Position numbers and translations under genes: made by a program. A DNA stretch of 11,000 nucleotides, taken from contig JAKLZA010000155.1 of assembly GCA_030704615.1 (NCBI GenBank), positions 1 to 11,000 of the forward strand, given 5' to 3'. The stretch comes from Takakia lepidozioides (taxonomy: Eukaryota; Plantae; Bryophyta). Below are positions 1 to 6,900 of this stretch, one piece after another; position 1 is the first letter of the stretch; the number at the start of each line of letters is the position of its first letter. Under the pieces are notes generated by a model that saw nothing but the letters and a program-made list of their open reading frames with translations, did not search any database and was not told where the DNA came from.

Positions 1-11
1 GGCAGTCCGCA

Positions 12-2397
12 TCAGCATTTCTGCCTGTCCGGCCCCAAGCCCCACTGTTTCCCTTTCAAGAACTCGTTGTACCTGCATTGCTGCATAATTGACCTCACAA
101 TGTCCTCCGTTGTGGCAGTGAGGATGTCCACCAGATGCGCCGCAGAGGAGGCACGCCAGGAAGAGTGCACTGATTCGGCCATGTTTGTCGTGGGCATGTC
201 GGTGTCGGAGTCGAGACACATTTCCTGCACAAGCACATGTTCAGGTTACAAGCAAGTTACAAATATGGCCAAGAATAATATTCAACGATACGCAAATTGT
301 GCAACTCACCTCCCGCATATAGTCGCCGAACTGGAGGAGGAAACGATAATGCCACCATGCTAGCCAACTGACCATTGCTCCCTCGTCTGATTTCCTTACA
401 GCACCTGACGATGTCCACCAAGCCCGTATGCATGCAAACTGTGTCTCTGCATCATCCAAGGTGGGAGCGCGCTTCCACGCAAGGCACATGGAACAGTGCT
501 CCTCTCTGAAATCTGGCGCCACGAGCCTGGTTGTGTACTGTGAAAGGCTCTGCAGAAAATGGAACCCACAAGATCTCTCCTTGCCTTCCATGGGAACATT
601 GGGGTCTTGCCCGTACACCCTTCGGATGGCAGCCCAATTTGCTTGTGCGTTGTCCGCCATGAAACCACGGAAATTGGAGGGGGCAATCCCGCCTTGGCCA
701 TCTGTTCGTTTATTCCCTGCCAAAGAAGCATCTCCGATTGTGTGTCCTCTCCTTTCATCTCACAAATAGCAATTGTCATTAGCATCCTGCAGTGGGTGTC
801 GTAGACATGTGCACCATTGTCACCCACTGGTGATTTGTAATTCGCTTGATATGGTCGAACATGACCCAACTGTTTGACAAGTTCCCACTCGTCATCCTGT
901 CGACCAGTTCGACGCCGCTGCCAGGTCCACACGTGGACATTTTGAATACGAAACAACGATTTGCCTCAGTCCTTGTCCTGGAAACCTACTTCCATGAATG
1001 TAGTCATATCCACATCGTCGCTTCACCTCCAGAATGGAGTGCATATCCGAGCCACGCCCAATTTTCTGTTTGCATGAGACAATGTGGTTTCGGACATTCG
1101 GTGAACATACATGGGACACCGACTCCAGCAATGCCTCCATTTCCTTCTCGTCGAGAGGAACTCTATCGGTGCCGTCTTCCGACATAATTCTGGCCAATGC
1201 CATCTTATGGGCGGCTTGGAGCTGTATCTGTTTGGGTTTGGCACCCGGTCTCAACTTAACCTCCTCCTGAACGAGCTGCTCTGCTTCGTGGGCAGCCTCC
1301 CGCGAGTTCCCCCTCGCCAATTTGTGACAATGGGAACCAACGTGTATGCAAGCTCGGGTGAGGTCAGGGAAACGGTGCAACACATAGAACTGCTTGGCAT
1401 TACAAACAGACATGCAGTGTGGTGGTTCTTTGCAATGCGCACACTTAAATGTGGAGTTTGGAACCTTCTCCTGAGCTCGAAATGGTTGGTGAGCTGTGCC
1501 TGTCCAATCGGTCTCGTTCCTGTGACCTCTGGATTTAAAGTGGAAGCAAGTTGGGGAGAAACACCGCAACGCGCCCGCACAAACAACGTAGCGCACCCGC
1601 ACACCATCGAGCATCTTCATGCTGGTGGTTTTGGTAACGCACCAAGGATGACCGTCATGTTTTCTATCCATATCTGTCAACATTCCGGACGCCCTCGAGT
1701 AGTCCGCCCGAGGAGGGAACTCAAAGAAGATATTACCGTCGACGTCGGCGGGAAGGCATGTAACCGATTTAATTGCGAACTTGCTGTAGTCCAGCCCGGC
1801 CAGCTCCGACCGGTGTCCCTCCAGGTGAAGCCCTCGCAGAATTTCAAGAATAGATCGAACTGCGGTGCTCGTGCTGGGAATATGACTCCCTCCTCCACTG
1901 ACGTCCATTGAGGACTTGCCTGATCTCCAGGACGACCTCGGAACTTCCATGACCTCGTCTGAGTCGGACAGGTTGTGAACAACCCGGTTCTCGCTCGTCT
2001 TCATGGATGGGTTCGGCTCTGGATTTACTTCGTTGCGGACTTCTCTCTTTGAGGTAGCCACTCTCTGATTCGCGGATTGTTTCGTGGAAGGCGCCAGGAT
2101 AGAAGGTGCATTTGGCGGGCAAATGAAGTCCCCAACAGCCCTGTATATGACGCTGTCCGATGGTGGAACTCGCCATTCCCTGCCATCGCCGAAATCATCG
2201 TGGAGCACAACAATACTCTCGACAACAAGGCCGTTTGAGTCCTTCCTTTCCTCCTCCAAAAAAACCGACCCCGGTTTCAGGTGGTATCGAACGCACAGAT
2301 ATTTCTCCATCACCCGGCAGGTGTCCCCTCTGCACGGAAATGAAGCTCTATGCTCGTGAGGAGGGCAGTACACTGTAGCGCTCGGGTTTTCCGCCAT
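12..2397 (-). CDS. MULE/Mutator-family DDE transposase with N-terminal WRKY-GCM1-type zinc finger (frameshifted, one intron, 3' end possibly beyond the window)
   Basis: Joining ORFs 892-2412, an unlisted third frame (~970-815), 396-956, 241-723 and 12-236 gives ...FPGQG/TEANRCFVFKMSTCGPGSGVELVDRMTSGNLSNSWVMFDHIKR...TM/AHVYDTHCRMLMTIAICEM...GLP/SNFRGFMADNAQANWAAIRRVYG...RSCGFHFLQSL...YMRE|EMCLDSDTDMPTTNMAESVHSSW. Putative catalytic D (854-856, MFDH), D (652-654, FMAD), Mutator CxxH (559-570, CGFH) and E (174-176, TTNMAES). Frameshifts near 971, 814 and 681. Start codon uncertain (first in-frame ATG at 2397). Confidence 0.88.
225..309 (-). other. GT-AG intron (85 nt, phase 0) in the transposase
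   Basis: Minus strand GAG|GTGAGT at 309 and GTGCAG|GAA at 225; AT-rich interior; splicing joins YMRE to EMCLD... in frame and supplies the catalytic E exon. Confidence 0.85.
1324..1656 (-). other. GCM-like (WRKY-GCM1 superfamily) Zn-binding DNA-binding domain of the transposase
   Basis: DGHPWCVTKTT...VRYVVCAGALRCFSPTC...CAHCKEPPHCMSVCNAKQFYVLH...IHVGSHCH: W-x-x-T strand, CxGxxxC, an inserted CxxC and a terminal HxGxHxH, matching the two-zinc GCM layout of this fold. Confidence 0.7.
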
Positions 2398-2629
2398 GGG
2401 AGATGTGCACACAAGACTGCCAGGATGGCGTGCGGGAAGCTCCCTGGTAGAAGGGGTGCAGCGATGGGAATGAATGCGATGCCGATTTGTCCGAGCGACG
2501 AAGCCTGATCCAAATCCAGGGAGCCAACTATCTCAAAAATCCACAGTCAGAGTGTTAATGAACCTTGTCTCCGGAATGCGGCCCCTGGTCTTTGCGCAAT
2601 AACTGCCAACGGTATGCAGTCAGAAAGTG

Positions 2630-3295
2630 GGGGCCGTCCGGATGATGACGGCTGAAGGGGAGAAGCCGGCACCGTGCCGTCACATTACTACCCCCAAATG
2701 GAAATTCGGCACCCAATATCCAACAGAGGAAGCCCGGATGAAGTCGCCTCGGGCTCAGAGGCCGGCGCATGTGCGACAGAGAACATCCCTGGATGGAGAT
2801 TCGGCGCCGAATTTCCATCCGGGCCCCCAAAGGGAGTCGTGTCGGGGGGTCAGGCCGAAAACTGGACGGCATAAAAACATCCCCAGATGGAAAAACGGCG
2901 CCGAATTTCCATCCGGGGCGGTTCGGATGCAGTCGGGGAGGGGGGAGTCGCCGGCACTTGGCCGTCACATTTCAACCCCGGACGGAAATTCGGCACCGAA
3001 TATCGAACAGGGGACGCCCGGATGAAAAGTCGCCTCGGGCGTAGAGGTCGGCACGTGTTCGACAGAGAGCATCCCTGGATGGAGATTCGGCGCCGAATTT
3101 CCATCCGGTCCCCCAAAGGAAGTCTTGTCGGGGGGTCAGACCGAAAACTGGCCGACATAAAAACCTCCCCACATGGGAAAACGGCGCCGAATTTCAATCC
3201 GGGGCCGTTCCAATGCAGTCGGGGAGGGGGGAGAGGTCGGCACCTGGCCGTCATATTCAACCCCGGACGGAAATCGGCACCGAATATCCAACAGA
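2630..3295. repeat. Tandem array 1a: ~286 bp higher-order repeat (~2.3 copies) made of three ~95 bp monomers, each centred on a palindrome
   Basis: GGATGGAGATTCGGCGCCGAATTTCCATCC occurs at 2791-2820 and 3077-3106 (offset 286) with matching flanks. Palindrome centres at ~2710, 2805, 2899, 2994, 3091, 3185 and 3278. Confidence 0.92.
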
Positions 3296-3335
3296 GCGGC
3301 GGAGAGGCGGCACCTCTCCGACAGAGACATCCCCC

Positions 3336-3790
3336 GGATGGAAATTCGGCGCCGAATTTCCATCCAGCCTCTGGGGGCAATGCCCCCCAGGCCCCTGCCC
3401 CCACAAATGCCCCCTGCCCAATTAGGCGCTGTGGCGGCGCCGGCCCACAGTGGGCCCCACCGCCTCGCTTTACCTGTGGGTGGCCCCCCGCGGCGCCGAA
3501 TATCCATACGCCAGCGATCCGACTTACCTGCTGGATGGAAATTCGGCGCCGGATTCCATCCAAGCGGATGGAAAATTTCCATCCGCGAATTACCTGCTGA
3601 GGGAAATTTCTGCGCGGATGGAAATCCGGCGCCGGATTTCCATCCATCCGCTTCTGAATTACTGCGTGAGGGAAATTTGGCGCGCCGCCCTGCGGATGGA
3701 AATCCGGCGCCGGATTTCCATCCAAATTACCTGCCGCGCCGCCGGATGGAAATTAATTGAAATTCCGGGGTCGATTTTCATCCGACATGG
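3336..3790. repeat. Palindrome cluster 1b with perfect 30-bp palindromes
   Basis: Perfect GGATGGAAATTCGGC|GCCGAATTTCCATCC at 3336-3365; perfect GGATGGAAATCCGGC|GCCGGATTTCCATCC at 3616-3645 and 3694-3723; imperfect copy at 3533-3561; core-deleted copy GCGGATGGAAAATTTCCATCCGC at 3564-3586; half sites near 3491 and 3744. Confidence 0.92.
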
Positions 3791-3976
3791 AGGGCTTCAT
3801 CCGACATTTAATTGCGCAGTTGGGCAATAAATGTCCACCGCCGTCGTTTTCATTCGGGCTGGCGACACATGGCTTCCTGGATACGTACCCTAAATCTGAT
3901 GCTAATCTTGGCTTAACATGCTATTCGAGGCATGTACCCCAAAAACGGAGATCTTTTTCCATTTTGGCTGGGACTT

Positions 3977-6900
3977 ATGCCGCCTGAAGGGCGTGGCTCT
4001 CCTGAGAGAGACCTCACATCCAGACCGCGGCGGAAGTTGAAAGCTCTGTACTACGGACGACGGCCAATCTCTCGCATGGCCAAACTGAAGCTCCAGCAGG
4101 AGATTCCAGTGTCTTGCTCACAACCCGCGCCAACTGAAGCCGAGTACTCTCAGGCAAGCCACTTCTGCTTTCGCTTTGTTCGATTTTTTTTTGCTTTCGC
4201 TTTGTTGCCTCGCTTTGTTTTTGCATCTTCATCCTGGCTTCGCTGGATGAGTGAACTTTAGATAGTTGAGTGAACCACCTTAGATTGTTTGCAATGCGTG
4301 TGCAAACCGGCAGCTCTGGAGAAGGCTGCTTGGCATGTCATTCTAGGCAATGGTTGCATTTGTTTTCATTGTTGTTGCATGGCTCTCCATACTTCCTAAA
4401 CTTGTTATGTTTTCATTTTTGCTACACGATTGTTGCTATGGTGGTTGCGCTGCTCGTTGCGATGCTGGTTTTGCACCGATGTTGGTTTTCACGATTTTGT
4501 CAATGACAGAGTGACGACGAGCCCGGCACGCTGGTGGTATCATCGACAGCTCCAACTCATCGCATGTTTGAATCGCCCAACTTGGGGCGAGAGGGCAAAC
4601 TTAACCTTTTGTTGGTGGACGGGAGGACTTGCAACGAGAGTACGACAGAGTAGGCATTGGGGAGGTTGGTGCAGGCGGCATGGCAGGTGAAGGGCGTGAG
4701 GACATGAGGACAGCAGAATCCGGCAATGGAGGTTGTCATGCACATGCAGTAGGGCCCCCACGCAAAGAAAAAGGAAAGCTAAGCACATGCAATCCCGGCG
4801 AGAGAGCAGTCACGGGCTGCGGAGGGGGGAGTGAGCAGTGCGCGCGAGGGTGTCAGTTCGCCTCAATCAAAGGTGGTCGTCCTGGAGGGCTCCCCTGCTG
4901 CTAGCCCTAGTAAGAAACAGAAAGCCCGTGAGAGGGCAAAAGAGAGGGCAAAAGACAGACGAGACAGAATGCTAGCCAGGAGGAAAGAGAAAAGGCAGCT
5001 GAAGAGGCCAGGGGTGCCCAAATGACAGATGCCAATGTAAGCGAGGGACGCACAGAGACGGTGGATCCCTCCAAGACACCACAGAGAGAGGCAAGCACAC
5101 CGGTTAGACCATCGCGGGCAAGAGCAGCCCCCGCAATTACCCATACGGTGGAGAGTGGAGGAGAGGAAAGAAACACCTGAAAGAGCACGGATTGTGCAAG
5201 TTCGAGGTGAAGCCAGGGAGAGGGCAGTAGAGACGGGGAGAGAGTGCTGGAGGTGGTTTCGCAGGTGGCTGACCTGTTGAGGAGGACGACAGGGAGCTTT
5301 CTGACCAGGATGACATCCTCCCGGACATCCCCAGGCCCCAAACCCGGAGCATACAGGCTGGATTTGGCGGTCCTGGTGGGCTGCCGGAAAACCCCTCTGC
5401 AGCAGACGTCATGTCTGAGCGGATATGAAGTTGGCCGCTGCCAAGATGTTGGAGGCAACCCACAGCAACATTGGCAGGGTGCTGGGGGGCATGGGTGTAC
5501 CCGGCCAAGCTTCGAATTCCCCTTTGCCGCTTGGTGTCATTGCAGGTGGTGAGACCTGCCCTCCCAGGCGATATCGACAAGCTGAAATTCTCTTTCCGGG
5601 ATGGATATCGAATGGGGTCTGCCGCTTTTACGTTTCCATTGAGAACGACCACGGAGCTTCCCGTGCCCACACTTCCGATGAGGTGGACAAATGGGGTCCC
5701 CATTGGCAAACGCGAATGAGGAGTTCGAGAGATCGATTGCTAGTGATCCTCTTTTCCAGCACTGTGTCCGTAAGATGTTCTACGTGTGGGACGGCAATCA
5801 TCGCCTCCTGGCATGGATGGAGCACATTGCCCAAGCCCACCCCAACGACGACCTCGATTGGCATTTCGCCGTGGATTGTGTTGTGCTGAAGGTTGCGGGG
5901 CCCAAAGATCGCAGTCTTCTCAAAGCTGCAATGGCCGACATCAAACTCGTAAGCTACAACCCCTCTCGCTTTTGGACTTTGAATTTGGAAGTCATTTCAT
6001 TGCGAATCCTCATATATGATGAAAATTCCCATTTCAGTATTGTTTGATGGAAATGTGGCACTGCAGGGTGACTGAGAATGCCTTCATTGCCACCAACTTG
6101 TCCCATATGCTTCCGAGTGAAGGATGTCGGGAAGCAGGGGGTGCAAGAGTTTGCCAATTCCCTCAGTGCCGACCTCCTGCGCAAGTCGGAGGCAAAGGCA
6201 GACAGAACCTGGTATAGGCTGAGCGTCGACGCCATGGTGGACTACATATTTCGGGTAAAGCTCCTGACAGTTTTGTTGAGCTAATCTGTCTCTCCTCCCC
6301 CAATAGAAGAAATTGTGTTGAGCAGGATCTCTAATCTTATGTGCGCATTCTTGACAGACGAAAATACAGGGATTTGGCACATGCGCGGAGGTTCTACATG
6401 GAGTCAGAGGAGAAGAATCCAACCCTCCCGGAACTCGAATCGTATGTCAAAGCTGCGGAGGTGAGGGCCCGCATAAAGTACAAGTCGCGGATGGTAAAGT
6501 ACGTGGCCATAGCTGATCCCGCCCTTGGTGCCGACTTTCTGGTGGAGGTGGGGAAGCACTACTCTCGCGCTCTGAAGCCCCACGATGACATTGGAGAAGC
6601 TCCATCGTCTAGCCACATCCTGTGTGGATGCAACAGAAAAGGTGATACATTCTTAACAAAATTGTGGTGGCAACAACTCCTTTTTGTGGTGTTTGGCGCT
6701 TACGAATATGCTGGGGGGTTGGACAGACCCGGTGGCTCCAAATCTGGAATGGTTCCCAAAGTACCAGGGACATGTGGAGCTTCCCCAAACCGGACAAACT
6801 CTCTGACCCCACATTCGACATGTGGATGAACCGCATGACATGGTGGTTTCAGGTACTTCCCCACGCTTCGTTTGGGGCTTCTACTCTAGTAGGGGGTGGA

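Larger units (their letters stand above)
2413..3976. promoter_or_regulatory. Putative bidirectional promoter region between the two divergent genes
   Basis: Inferred from the head-to-head orientation of the genes. GC/CpG-rich and mostly filled by the palindrome arrays. No transcription start identified. Confidence 0.45.

Noticed and set aside
1111-1911. 266-aa plus-strand ORF
   Set aside because: Antisense shadow of the transposase with no recognisable motifs.
2699-3723. CRISPR-like array (30-bp palindromic repeats at regular spacing)
   Set aside because: The spacers are ~65 bp and are themselves duplicated in a 286-bp unit, the repeats are variable, no cas genes are present, and the context is eukaryotic with spliceosomal introns.
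2555-3830. Long overlapping ORFs on both strands (e.g. 2850-3725, 2887-3600) with MEIRRRISI repeats
   Set aside because: They are translations of GC-rich palindromic repeats; the same peptide appears on both strands.
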